Of a DNA stretch of 64,000 nucleotides, positions 18,032-27,857 are shown piece by piece. Source of the DNA: Bacteroidota bacterium (GTDB lineage: Bacteria > Bacteroidota > Bacteroidia > Chitinophagales > Chitinophagaceae). Location: assembly GCA_023422565.1 (NCBI GenBank), contig JAFAGR010000021.1, positions 7,227 to 71,226 on the forward strand. Reading direction: 5' to 3'. The notes under the pieces are model-generated. The model made no database searches, was not told the origin of the DNA, and saw nothing but the letters and a program-made list of their open reading frames with translations. The stretch's first letter is position 1. Every line of letters starts with the position of its first letter. The position numbers and the translations under genes were made by a program.

Positions 18032-20602
18032 ATGTTGAGTTATTTCAAACGCGTTTCCTTTGCCACGGCGCTCGCCATTATGGCAAATGCCGCAGCAGCG
18101 CAGGTTACGCCGCCCAAATCAGCTAACGACACCATCATTGACCAGATTCGTGGCGACATGGTTACAGACAATATCCCTGTAATTTCCCTTGATGAGAATG
18201 ATGGCGTGGATGGCAGTTCACAAAACGTTTCGAGCCAGCTCAGCGCAGGCAGGGATCCTTTCCTGAATGCGGCTACATTTAAATTCAGCGCGGTTCGTTT
18301 CCGCATCAGAGGTTATGATTCCGATATGTTCGGTACATATATGAATGGTATCCCGATGGAAAACCTGGATAACGGGTTCACTCCATACGGTATCTGGGGA
18401 GGTTTGAATGATGTGATGAGGAACCGTGATGTTTCGCACGGGCTTCGCGCTACGCCCTATGCTTTTGGAGAATTCGGCGGACTAACGTACCTGGATACAC
18501 GCGCTTCATACCAGCGCCAGCAAACCTCAGTTAACTACGCATTAAGCAACAGGAATTACCAGCACCGTTTCATGGCATCGCACTCAACCGGCCTTAACAA
18601 GAAGGGATGGGCTTTTACGGTGTCAGGCTCACGGAGATGGGCAGACGAAGGATACTCTGAAGGAACTTATTATGATGGTTTTTCAGTTTTCACCGCAGTT
18701 GACAAGCGTTTAAACGACCGTCACCTGCTTTCTTTTGTGGGCTTTGTAGCGCCAACGGAAAATGGCCGCCAGGGCGCAACCTTCCAGGAAATGCTTGACA
18801 TTGCCGGAACAAATTATTACAATCCTTATTGGGGATACCAGAACGGGAAAGTGCGAAATGCAAGCGTAGGCCGCTCGGTGCAGCCTGTGGGCATTCTTTC
18901 TCACGACTGGAAGATAACAGATAAAATGAACCTGTTCACTTCAGCCTCATTCAGCAAAGGATACCGCAGCACCACCGCACTTGATTGGTACAATGCGCCC
19001 GATCCGCGCCCGGATTATTACCGCTACATGCCAAGCTACCAGCTTGACCCGGAAATGGCGGAACTTGTTCGCCTGGAAATGATTCGTGATGTAAACCAGC
19101 GCCAGATCAACTGGGATGCGCTTTACAATGTGAACTATAATTCAGTGGAGACTTTCCAAAATGCAAATGGTATTCCGGGGAATTCAATAACAGGAAAACG
19201 TTCTCATTATATAGTGGAGGAAAGAAGGATCGATCAAACCCGCTATAACTTTAATACGGTATTGAATACTGCACTGAAATCTAACATCGATTTCACCGCC
19301 GGCTTTACCTATTCATCACAAAAGAACCATTATTATAAAATTGTTGATGATCTTTTGGGTGGCGATTTTTATGCAGATATTAACCAGTTTGCAGAAAGAG
19401 ATTTCCGTTCTAATGCAGTGGCTATTCAGAATGACCTGAACCGCCCGAACCGCATTCTTTACGAAGGCGACAAATTTGGTTACAACTACGATATCAACAT
19501 TAAGAAAGCCGCAGCCTTTGCGCAGGCCAACTTTAAGTTCCGCAAAATTGATTTCTTCACCGCGATCGAACATTCACATACACGTTTCTGGCGTGAAGGA
19601 AATGTGCGGAATGGGTTGTTTCCTAACAACTCTTTCGGAAAAGCGGATTACCATGATTTTTACAACTACAGCGGAAAGGCCGGCGTAACTTATAAAGTTG
19701 ACGGACGTAACTATCTGTTTGTAAACGGCGGTTATATGACGCGCGCGCCTTTCTTTGAGAATGCGTTTATTGCGCCAAGAACACGGGATATCGTTCAGGA
19801 TCTTGAAAACGAAAAGATCACTACGGTTGAAGGCGGATACGTAATGAACGCGCCAAGTGTGAAACTAAGGGCCACCGCGTATTACACTCAATTCCGCGAT
19901 CAGATGAATGTGCTTTCTTTCTATCACGATGAGTACAGGAATTTTGTCAACTATGCGGTAAGTAATATCGGGAAAGTTCATACCGGTATTGAACTGGGAG
20001 CTGAAGCCAAGGTGTATAAAGGATTAAGTCTTAACGCAGCTGCCAGCATCGGCCGTTATTATTATGATACCCGCCAGAATGCGGTGGTTACTGTTGACAA
20101 TACTTCGCAGGTAGTTGCGGAGGGTGGCGTTATCTACTCAAATAATTTCAGGGTGCCTACTCCACAGGAAGCTTACACTATCGGCTTCGACTATCGCTCA
20201 CCTAAATTCTGGTTCCTTAATGTGAACTTCAATTTCTTCAACAACATGTGGTTAGATTTTAACCCGCTTCGCAGAACTGATGCTGCGGTAAATGGTGTTG
20301 AAAAAGGAAGTGAGTTGTGGAATGATATTTTAGGGCAGGAACAATTGAAAGATCAATACACTCTTGATGCATTTGCGGGATACAGTTGGATGATGAACCG
20401 CAGGTATAAGAGCCTTAAAAAGAGAACCTATCTTGTGTTTAATGTAGGTGTAAATAACATTTTAAATAATCAAAACATCGTTTCCGGCGGGTTTGAGCAG
20501 TTGCGTTTTGATTATGCAGAGAAGAATACGGAAAAATTTGATTCAAAAAGATACTATGCTTACGGTATTAACTTTTTCGCCAGCATAGGTGTAAGATTCT
20601 GA
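18032..20602 (+). CDS. TonB-dependent outer-membrane transporter
   Basis: Signal peptide, plug motif FRIRGY...MNGIP...WGGLND, barrel ending GVNNILN...IGVRF; start placed at MLSYF. Confidence 0.9.
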   Translation: MLSYFKRVSFATALAIMANAAAAQVTPPKSANDTIIDQIRGDMVTDNIPVISLDENDGVDGSSQNVSSQLSAGRDPFLNAATFKFSAVRFRIRGYDSDMFGTYMNGIPMENLDNGFTPYGIWGGLNDVMRNRDVSHGLRATPYAFGEFGGLTYLDTRASYQRQQTSVNYALSNRNYQHRFMASHSTGLNKKGWAFTVSGSRRWADEGYSEGTYYDGFSVFTAVDKRLNDRHLLSFVGFVAPTENGRQGATFQEMLDIAGTNYYNPYWGYQNGKVRNASVGRSVQPVGILSHDWKITDKMNLFTSASFSKGYRSTTALDWYNAPDPRPDYYRYMPSYQLDPEMAELVRLEMIRDVNQRQINWDALYNVNYNSVETFQNANGIPGNSITGKRSHYIVEERRIDQTRYNFNTVLNTALKSNIDFTAGFTYSSQKNHYYKIVDDLLGGDFYADINQFAERDFRSNAVAIQNDLNRPNRILYEGDKFGYNYDINIKKAAAFAQANFKFRKIDFFTAIEHSHTRFWREGNVRNGLFPNNSFGKADYHDFYNYSGKAGVTYKVDGRNYLFVNGGYMTRAPFFENAFIAPRTRDIVQDLENEKITTVEGGYVMNAPSVKLRATAYYTQFRDQMNVLSFYHDEYRNFVNYAVSNIGKVHTGIELGAEAKVYKGLSLNAAASIGRYYYDTRQNAVVTVDNTSQVVAEGGVIYSNNFRVPTPQEAYTIGFDYRSPKFWFLNVNFNFFNNMWLDFNPLRRTDAAVNGVEKGSELWNDILGQEQLKDQYTLDAFAGYSWMMNRRYKSLKKRTYLVFNVGVNNILNNQNIVSGGFEQLRFDYAEKNTEKFDSKRYYAYGINFFASIGVRF

Positions 20603-20638
20603 TCAAACTAAATAAATAAACTTTTTAAAAAATAAACC

Positions 20639-22036
20639 ATGAATAAGTTTGCAAGATTATTTTCTGCAATCGCGCTGCTGGCTCTGTTGGGAACGATCAG
20701 TGCATGTAAAAAAACCTTTGATGAGCCACCGGGCCCTTCTGATCCGAACATCGAAGCCAATATGAATATTGATGCCTTAAAGGCAATGCATACCGTGCAG
20801 GGTCAATACGACGAGATCACGCAGGATATCATTATCTCCGGTATTGTAGTAGCAAATGACAAAAGCGGAAATTTTTATAAGCAGCTTTTCATCCAGGATT
20901 CTACCGGTGCAATTCAATTGCTGGTAAATGCCAATAACCTTTACACCAGCTATCCCGTAGGTCGCAGGGTTTTTGTAAAAGTGAAAGGCCTGACCCTCTC
21001 AGACGATAACGGAACCATGCTTCTTGGTTACAAAGCCACTGTGGCCGGTCTGCCATCGCTTGAAGGTATTAACGGTACCATGATCGGCCAGCACCTGATA
21101 GGCGGATCGATCGGCAACCCCGTAGTACCTATTGACGTTGATTACACCCAGTTGAGCACCAACATGCAAAACAGGTACATCAACGCACTTATCAGGCTCA
21201 GAGGGTATGAGTTTATTGAAGCGGATACAAGCAAAACTTATTCAGATACATCTGTATATAAAAGAACAACAAACCTGAAGATCAAACCTTGCACAGGCGC
21301 TGAAGTGATTGTACGTACAAGTGCATATGCAAACTTTGCAGGCCTGAAAGTTCCTCCGGGAAATGGCGATATCACCAGCATTTACACGGTCTTTGGTTCC
21401 ACACGCCAGCTGGTTATCCGTGATACTTCAGATGTACAGTTCACAGAACTGCGCTGCAACCAGGCACCTCCTCCTGCAGGAACCTTGTTGCTGGAAAATT
21501 TCGAATCTCAAACTGTTCCCGCAACCGGTTTCAACCCGATCACTATTGCAGGCTGGATGAACCTTGCAGAGTTGGGAGGTCGTAATTTCAGTGCAAAACA
21601 GTTCAGTGGAAACAAATATGCTGAGCTTTCGGCTTTCGGAAGCAATGCGCCGGTGGTAAAAGCATGGCTTGTTACCAAGGTTATAAATCTCGATGGTACC
21701 ACAAACGAAAGACTGACTTTTGATACCAAGCAAGGGTTTATTGGAACCGGCGGATCAACCGCGGCTGCTTTAAAAGTGCTTGTTTCCACAACCTACACAG
21801 GTACAGGAAACCCGTGGGATGCAACCTGGACGGATGTAACCAGCCAGGCCACACTGTCTCCCGGCACGGTAACTTCGTTCCCAAGTGCATTTACGCCATC
21901 GGGCAATATTGACCTGTCAGCCTACAGCGGAGACATTTATGTAGCTTTCCGTTACGAAGGAGCAGACCCTACGGGTTCAGGATCTGACCTCACTTCAACA
22001 TGGCAGATCGATAATGTTTCCGTAATTGGAGATTAA
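20639..22036 (+). CDS. Surface lipoprotein, DUF5689-like (OB-fold region) with C-terminal beta-sandwich
   Basis: Lipobox ISAC; GIVVANDKSGNFYKQLFIQDSTGAI and VRTSAYANFA motifs; C-terminal YVAFRY...WQIDNV. Confidence 0.8.
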   Translation: MNKFARLFSAIALLALLGTISACKKTFDEPPGPSDPNIEANMNIDALKAMHTVQGQYDEITQDIIISGIVVANDKSGNFYKQLFIQDSTGAIQLLVNANNLYTSYPVGRRVFVKVKGLTLSDDNGTMLLGYKATVAGLPSLEGINGTMIGQHLIGGSIGNPVVPIDVDYTQLSTNMQNRYINALIRLRGYEFIEADTSKTYSDTSVYKRTTNLKIKPCTGAEVIVRTSAYANFAGLKVPPGNGDITSIYTVFGSTRQLVIRDTSDVQFTELRCNQAPPPAGTLLLENFESQTVPATGFNPITIAGWMNLAELGGRNFSAKQFSGNKYAELSAFGSNAPVVKAWLVTKVINLDGTTNERLTFDTKQGFIGTGGSTAAALKVLVSTTYTGTGNPWDATWTDVTSQATLSPGTVTSFPSAFTPSGNIDLSAYSGDIYVAFRYEGADPTGSGSDLTSTWQIDNVSVIGD

Positions 22037-22057
22037 TACTAAATTTGTTGTTGATAT

Positions 22058-22092
22058 GATAAAGAGCCATCCGATGTTGATGGCTCTTTATC
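22058..22092. other. Perfect 14-bp inverted repeat between lipoprotein and LTD gene
   Basis: gataaagagccatc-cgatgtt-gatggctctttatc; no long T-tract, so a weak terminator or stabilising hairpin. Confidence 0.7.
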
Positions 22093-22121
22093 CTAAAACC
22101 AAAACCTAACACCAATTAAAT

Positions 22122-24953
22122 ATGAAGAAGATCTTTACACTACTTTTTTTATTGAGTTCTCTTATTTCCTTCTCGCAATCCACCACGGTTGTTATCAGCC
22201 AGGTTTACGGAGCGGGTGGAAACACCGGAGCGGTTTATAATGCCGACTTTGTGGAACTTCACAATGTATCCGGCTCTGCGTATGACCTAACAGGCCATTC
22301 CATTCAATATGCATCTGCAACCAGTACGACTGCATGGACAGGCAAATTCGATCTCCCTGCAGCTTCCATTCCTGCGGGAGGATACTACCTCATTCAGATG
22401 TCCACAGTAGGAGCAAATGGTATTGCACTACCCACAGTAGACGCAACATCGACTCCATCAATAGCGATGGCTTCTGCCAGCGGGAAGGTGGCTTTGGTAA
22501 GCAACACCACGGTACTAACCGGTTGTACTTTAACCGGAGCCGGAGTGATTGACCTTGTGGGATATGGTGCGGCGAATTGTTCCGAAGGAACTGCTGTTGG
22601 CACCCTAAGTTCAGCCAACGGCGCTTTAAGAAACAACAACGGCTGCGACGATACTGATAACAATAGCGCTGACTTCACAGTGGGTGCGCCTGCTCCGCGT
22701 AACAGCGCAACCGCGGCAGTGGTTTGCAGCAGTACTCCTGCGCCAACGATCACAGCGGGAACACTTGCAGATTTTGGAAGTGTGAACGTAGGATCTTCTT
22801 CTGCTTCTCAAACGTTTTCTGTTTCAGGAACTGACCTTACGGGCTTTCCCGGAAACATTACGGTGACTGCGCCTGCAGGTTTCCAGGTTTCGCTTGATGG
22901 CGTGACCTGGTCATCAACGGTTGATATTCCTTATACCACAGCAACCTTAGCTGCAACACAAGTATTCGTTCAGTTTGTGCCCACGGCTGCAGGACCCGCT
23001 TCCGGCGATATTTCGATAACCGGAGGGGGAATTTCCAGCCCGGTGTTGGTTGCGGTAAGCGGAACCGGAGTTGTACCTTCTTCACCAACTATTACAGCAG
23101 GATCCCTGGTTGATTTCGGCAACGTGACCGTAGGGTCGGCTTCGGCTTCACAAACTTTCAACGTGTCAGGCACAGACCTGACGGGCTTCCCCGGAGATAT
23201 CACCGTTACTGCACCGGCAGGCTTCCAGGTTTCTCTGGATGGTGTTACATGGAGTTCATCAGTTACCATTCCTTATACTTCAGCAACTCTGGCCTCCACG
23301 CAGGTATTCGTACAATTTGTGCCAACGGCTGCGGGCCCTGCTTCCGGCGATATAACGATCACCGGCGGTGGAATAACAACCCCTGTTACTGTTGCAGTTA
23401 GTGGAAACGGCATAGCTGCCGGAGTTCCGAACATTACCGCTTCTACTCTCGCAGATTTCGGAAACGTATGCATTAGTACAACGCCAACTACACCGGGTTC
23501 ATTTACCTTAACAGGTTCTGACCTGACAACTGCCGACGTAACTGTTGGTCCGCTTGCAGGTTTCACTTTCTCTACTACTGCGGGAGGAACTTATACACCA
23601 ACCCTTACAATTACGCAACCGGGTGGCACATTCAGCCAAACGGTATTCGTTCAGTTTACGCCAACAGCGGTTCAATCTTATAATGGAAACATTCCGGTTA
23701 ACGGAGGTGGAATTACATCCGCTATAAATGTGGCTGCTACAGGAGCCGGGATCAATACCGCCGCAACTGTGGTTACCGGAAATGCGGTGGCTGTTACCAC
23801 CAGCACGGCTACTTTGGAAGGTTCATTAACCTCAAATGGCTGTTCTGCGGTAACTGCTTATGGATTTGAATACAGCACCACTCCGGGATTCTCCGGTGGT
23901 ACGGTTGCCGCATCTACCAACTTGTCTGGAACAGCTTTCTCTGCTGACCTGGCATCACTTGCGCCTGCAACTACTTATTATTATAAAGCATTTGCCACCA
24001 ACTCGGGTGGTACGGTGTACGGAGCTGAGCGTTCATTTACTACAGATGCACTTCCTCCCGCTTCGCTTACCGCTACCACACTTCCTGATTTCGGCAGCGT
24101 TTGCGTGAATACAACTGCCGGCCCATTATCATTTACGCTTACCGGAACAAACCTTAGTAATGCTGATATTACCGTAGGCCCCTTGGCAGGTTTCACATTC
24201 TCACAAACAGAAACGGGAACTTACAGCAACACGCTTACCATAACACAAGGCGGTGGGGCATTTACACAGGAAGTATTTGTAAAATTCACTCCTGATAACG
24301 GAAATGTGTTTGATGGAAACATTCCGGTTTCAGGTGGAGGAACAGCAGCAGCTATTCAGGTTGCGGCTACAGGAAACGGAAACGGAACAGGCCCTCAGGT
24401 TGCCACAACGGATTCATTGGTGATCAATCATCATTCTGCCATTTTGGGTGGCCAGATCATCTCCGCGGGTTGCGGCACAATAACAGAATATGGTATTGAG
24501 TACAGCAGCATTCCGAGCCAGCCCGGAGGCCAGGGAATTAAAGTTCGTGGCGATAGCATTACGCTATTGAATACATTCAAAAGCACAATAACAAATCTCG
24601 TTGCAGGCACACGTTACTACTATAAGGCGTATGCAATAAGCGGTGGGGTAACCTCCTACGGTGAAGAGCGTTCGTTCACCACGCTTCCTCTGGCTACAGG
24701 CCTCGTAATATATGGTAATCCTATACAGCGCGGAACTACAATGCACTTCTCTATAAGCAATGTAGAGCGCGGCCATTATTCAGCAAGGCTTTACAACATG
24801 CTTGGCCAGATCGTATTTCAGCGCGACCTGATCGTTCAGGTTGGTTTTATTGACGATCAGTTTGTGGTGCCGTCAATGATCCCTACGGGTGTTTATACTT
24901 TTGAAGTGATCAACCATAAATTCAGAATTGGAAGACAGGTATTAGTTAAGTAA
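22122..24953 (+). CDS. Lamin-tail-domain protein with Ig-like/FN3-like repeat stalk and T9SS C-terminal sorting domain
   Basis: Signal peptide; VVISQVYGAGGN...DFVELHN LTD; 114-aa repeats; C-terminal YGNP...LYNMLGQ...GVY. Confidence 0.85.
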   Translation: MKKIFTLLFLLSSLISFSQSTTVVISQVYGAGGNTGAVYNADFVELHNVSGSAYDLTGHSIQYASATSTTAWTGKFDLPAASIPAGGYYLIQMSTVGANGIALPTVDATSTPSIAMASASGKVALVSNTTVLTGCTLTGAGVIDLVGYGAANCSEGTAVGTLSSANGALRNNNGCDDTDNNSADFTVGAPAPRNSATAAVVCSSTPAPTITAGTLADFGSVNVGSSSASQTFSVSGTDLTGFPGNITVTAPAGFQVSLDGVTWSSTVDIPYTTATLAATQVFVQFVPTAAGPASGDISITGGGISSPVLVAVSGTGVVPSSPTITAGSLVDFGNVTVGSASASQTFNVSGTDLTGFPGDITVTAPAGFQVSLDGVTWSSSVTIPYTSATLASTQVFVQFVPTAAGPASGDITITGGGITTPVTVAVSGNGIAAGVPNITASTLADFGNVCISTTPTTPGSFTLTGSDLTTADVTVGPLAGFTFSTTAGGTYTPTLTITQPGGTFSQTVFVQFTPTAVQSYNGNIPVNGGGITSAINVAATGAGINTAATVVTGNAVAVTTSTATLEGSLTSNGCSAVTAYGFEYSTTPGFSGGTVAASTNLSGTAFSADLASLAPATTYYYKAFATNSGGTVYGAERSFTTDALPPASLTATTLPDFGSVCVNTTAGPLSFTLTGTNLSNADITVGPLAGFTFSQTETGTYSNTLTITQGGGAFTQEVFVKFTPDNGNVFDGNIPVSGGGTAAAIQVAATGNGNGTGPQVATTDSLVINHHSAILGGQIISAGCGTITEYGIEYSSIPSQPGGQGIKVRGDSITLLNTFKSTITNLVAGTRYYYKAYAISGGVTSYGEERSFTTLPLATGLVIYGNPIQRGTTMHFSISNVERGHYSARLYNMLGQIVFQRDLIVQVGFIDDQFVVPSMIPTGVYTFEVINHKFRIGRQVLVK
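22743..23768 (+). repeat. Intragenic 342-bp (114-aa) tandem domain repeats
   Basis: Units start at 22743, 23085 and 23427 (P[TN]ITA..L.DFG.V); the first two are nearly identical in protein; a fourth related unit starts near 24060. Confidence 0.85.
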
Positions 24954-24974
24954 TACAAATTTTTTCTGTGAATA

Positions 24975-25002
24975 GAGCCCCGGGTTATCCGGGGCTTTTT
25001 TT
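24975..25002 (+). terminator. Intrinsic terminator after the LTD gene
   Basis: agccccgg-gttat-ccggggct plus T-tract. Confidence 0.85.
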
Positions 25003-25356
25003 GCCTAACCTTTTAACTAAAAGATGCCTTTCGAAACGATAGTTAGGTGACGTTGAAAGCAAGGACATTGAGTTTTCAGCTATCACCTCCATAAGACCTT
25101 AGTTTTAGAATACGCCCGCCAGAGAGGTCTTTAGCAATTTTCCAATAGTTTTTCCCTGAGTAGTGGCTCTTTGTAAGCTTTAGGTGCAAAAAAAGATGCT
25201 GAAAATCGCTAGCCGCCCAAAAAACTGGTTTCTTTTGATCTAGCTTAAGGAAGAAAAATTGCCGAGAATTAATTTACTTTCCTCTTGGAAGCCATTATTT
25301 GAGTACGAAGGGCAGTTATCTATTCAATCGAATACACTGATAGGATACCTGGAAAC

Positions 25357-25396
25357 TGACACTTTTTCCGTTTTTCTCCCATGGTATTCTATTTGA
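25357..25396 (+). promoter_or_regulatory. Putative sigma-54-like promoter with upstream TGACA half-site for htpG
   Basis: TGGTAT-TCTAT-TTGA at 25382-25396; TGACA at 25357. Confidence 0.5.
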
Positions 25397-25419
25397 GTTG
25401 ATTCATGAAAAACCGACAT

Positions 25420-27255
25420 ATGCAAAAAGGCAACATTCGTGTAAGCACGGAAAATATCTTTCCGATAATTAAGAAGTTTCTCTACAGTGAGCACGACATT
25501 TTTATCCGCGAGCTTGTGAGTAATGCTGTGGATGCCACTCAAAAAATAAAAACTCTTTCCTCAATCGGAGAGGCGAAAGGTGACCTTGGCGAACTGAGGA
25601 TAGATGTATCAATCGATGCAGATAAAAAAACCATCACCATTGCTGATAGGGGCGTGGGTATGACTGCGGAGGAAATTGACAAATATCTTAACCAGGTTGC
25701 CTTCAGCGGTGCGGAAGAATTTCTTGAAAAGTATAAAGGAAAGAACGAAGCCAATATCATTGGCCACTTTGGCCTCGGATTCTATTCCTCCTTCATGGTG
25801 AGCGATAAGGTTGAAGTTTTTTCAAAGAGCTATAAAGACGAACCCGCAGTAAGGTGGGAGTGCGACGGCAGTCCGGAATTTACATTGGAAGAAACTGACA
25901 AGGCTGAAAGAGGAACCTCTATAGTGCTTCATCTTAATGAAGAAAGCCACGAGTTCTTAGAGCCCGCAAGAATAAGCACAGTGCTGGAAAAGTTTTGTAA
26001 ATTTTTACCTGTACCCATTTTCTTTGAAGACAAACAGGTGAACAATACCCATCCGGCATGGGTGAAAAAACCATCTGAACTTACTGATGAAGATTATCAG
26101 AATTTTTATCGTGAACTATATCCCTTCGGTGAAACACCATTATTTTGGATACACCTGAATGTTGATTATCCTTTTAACCTTACCGGGATCTTGTATTTTC
26201 CAAAAATCAAACAGAGTTATGAAATACAGAAAGACAAGATACAACTCTACAGCAACCAGGTATTTGTTACGGATGAAGTGAAAGATATTGTTCCCGAATT
26301 TTTAATGCTGCTCCAGGGCGTAATAGATTCGCCTGATATTCCGCTTAACGTAAGCCGTAGCTACCTCCAGGGCGATCCTAACGTTAAAAAGATAAATGCG
26401 CATATCACCAAAAAAGTGGCAGATAAACTTGAAGAGATTTTTAATAAAGACCGCAAAGCCTTTGAAGAGAAATGGGACAGTCTTGGCTTATTCGTGAAAT
26501 ATGGCATGATGACGGATGATAAGTTCCTTGAAAAAGCCAACAAGTTTTACGTATGGGAAACTACGGACGGCGCCTTTAAAACCATGGACGAATATCGCAC
26601 GGAAGCGGAAGTGTTACAAAAGAATAAAGACGGCAAACTGGTTGTTCTTTATACAACCAACCCTGTACAACAAGATGCATACGTACAACAGGCAATTGCC
26701 AGGGGATACAAAGTGGTGAAGATGGAAACGATCGTGGATGCAGCCTTCATCAACAACATGGAATTGAAATGGGAGAACGTTCAGTTTACCCGGGTAGACG
26801 CAGACATTACAGATAACCTGATAGATAAGGGAGAGGATGCAGAAAGCGTTTTATCTGCCGATGATACCGAAAAACTAAAGTCTCTGTTTAACTTCCAAAA
26901 GGAAGGTTTGAATGTGAATGTTGAAGTGAAAGGGTTAAGTGCCGATGCGCCCCCGGTAGTAGCTACGAGGCCTGAGCTGATGAGAAGAATGAAAGATATG
27001 GCTGCGGCAGGCGGTAGCATGGCTTCCTGGTATGCGAATATGCCTGATGAAGTTTCTCTCACAGTGAATGGTAATCATTCAATTTACCGCGATATTCTTT
27101 CCCGCGAATCGGAGGAAATGAAGGAGAAAATGGTAAAGAACCTGGCAGATCTCGCGCTCCTTTCCCAGGGCTTACTTAGCGGGAACAGCCTCACCTCTTT
27201 TATAAACAGGAGTGTGGAGTTAATGGAGGATAACAGTGAGGTAAAAGCAAACTAG
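25420..27255 (+). CDS. htpG: Hsp90 chaperone HtpG
   Basis: IKKFLYS...FIRELVSNAVDA, DRGVGMT, IGHFGLGFYS, PLNVSRS; start placed at MQKGNI. Confidence 0.97.
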   Translation: MQKGNIRVSTENIFPIIKKFLYSEHDIFIRELVSNAVDATQKIKTLSSIGEAKGDLGELRIDVSIDADKKTITIADRGVGMTAEEIDKYLNQVAFSGAEEFLEKYKGKNEANIIGHFGLGFYSSFMVSDKVEVFSKSYKDEPAVRWECDGSPEFTLEETDKAERGTSIVLHLNEESHEFLEPARISTVLEKFCKFLPVPIFFEDKQVNNTHPAWVKKPSELTDEDYQNFYRELYPFGETPLFWIHLNVDYPFNLTGILYFPKIKQSYEIQKDKIQLYSNQVFVTDEVKDIVPEFLMLLQGVIDSPDIPLNVSRSYLQGDPNVKKINAHITKKVADKLEEIFNKDRKAFEEKWDSLGLFVKYGMMTDDKFLEKANKFYVWETTDGAFKTMDEYRTEAEVLQKNKDGKLVVLYTTNPVQQDAYVQQAIARGYKVVKMETIVDAAFINNMELKWENVQFTRVDADITDNLIDKGEDAESVLSADDTEKLKSLFNFQKEGLNVNVEVKGLSADAPPVVATRPELMRRMKDMAAAGGSMASWYANMPDEVSLTVNGNHSIYRDILSRESEEMKEKMVKNLADLALLSQGLLSGNSLTSFINRSVELMEDNSEVKAN

Positions 27256-27280
27256 GTTATCAGATTTCAGTAAAATCACA

Positions 27281-27306
27281 AACCTGCCCACGGGCAGGTT
27301 TTTTTT
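27281..27306 (+). terminator. Intrinsic terminator after htpG
   Basis: aaacctgccc-ac-gggcaggttt plus T-tract. Confidence 0.85.
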
Positions 27307-27388
27307 GTTTGGAATCCAAGCAAGATCACGCTTTCTTATGAGTATGATCAGCTAATCGTACACAGGCAATCGTCTACCTTTGCCCTGC

Positions 27389-27760
27389 ATGCGGATCCTA
27401 ATACCACTAATATTACTCAGCGTTTATTCCTGCCAGTTGTTCTACCAGGCAGGCGTAGTAATATGGTTTCATGCAAATCGTGCTTACGTAGCGTCGGTAC
27501 TTTGTGAGAATAAGGCTAAGCCCGAACTAAAATGTAAGGGTAATTGCCAACTCAATAAAATGGCTAAGAACGAAGATGAAAAAGGCGATAGCACACTGCC
27601 CTCATCTACGCAAAAATGGGTTGAAATTTCTCCCTGCGAATTAGTTTCTTCAGAAATAGAATTTCAAAGTTTCACATTGTTCCGGAACTATGCATCCGTT
27701 AATCCGGAGATATACAACTTCCGGCCTCATTACGGTATTTTTCATCCGCCCATCGCTTAG
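27389..27760 (+). CDS. Cys-rich membrane-anchored leader protein ending in IFHPP
   Basis: N-terminal hydrophobic helix, YVASVLCENKAKPELKCKGNCQL, C-terminal GIFHPPIA; TACCTTTG at 27375-27382 lies 6 nt before the ATG. Confidence 0.8.
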   Translation: MRILIPLILLSVYSCQLFYQAGVVIWFHANRAYVASVLCENKAKPELKCKGNCQLNKMAKNEDEKGDSTLPSSTQKWVEISPCELVSSEIEFQSFTLFRNYASVNPEIYNFRPHYGIFHPPIA

Positions 27761-27857
27761 AGAATTGCTTATCTGATCGTGTCGTTCTGTTTGCACCATA
27801 TGCTAACGGTAACGTATACACGCATATCTAAAATTTTCATTCTTACAAAATATTATC

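Noticed and set aside
18032..22036. Classical SusC/SusD polysaccharide utilisation locus
   Set aside because: The transporter lacks SusC signature motifs, the lipoprotein is not SusD-like, and no glycoside hydrolases are adjacent.
25003..25350. Unexplained gap upstream of htpG
   Set aside because: No convincing ORF, tRNA cloverleaf, inverted repeat or known RNA motif found by eye.
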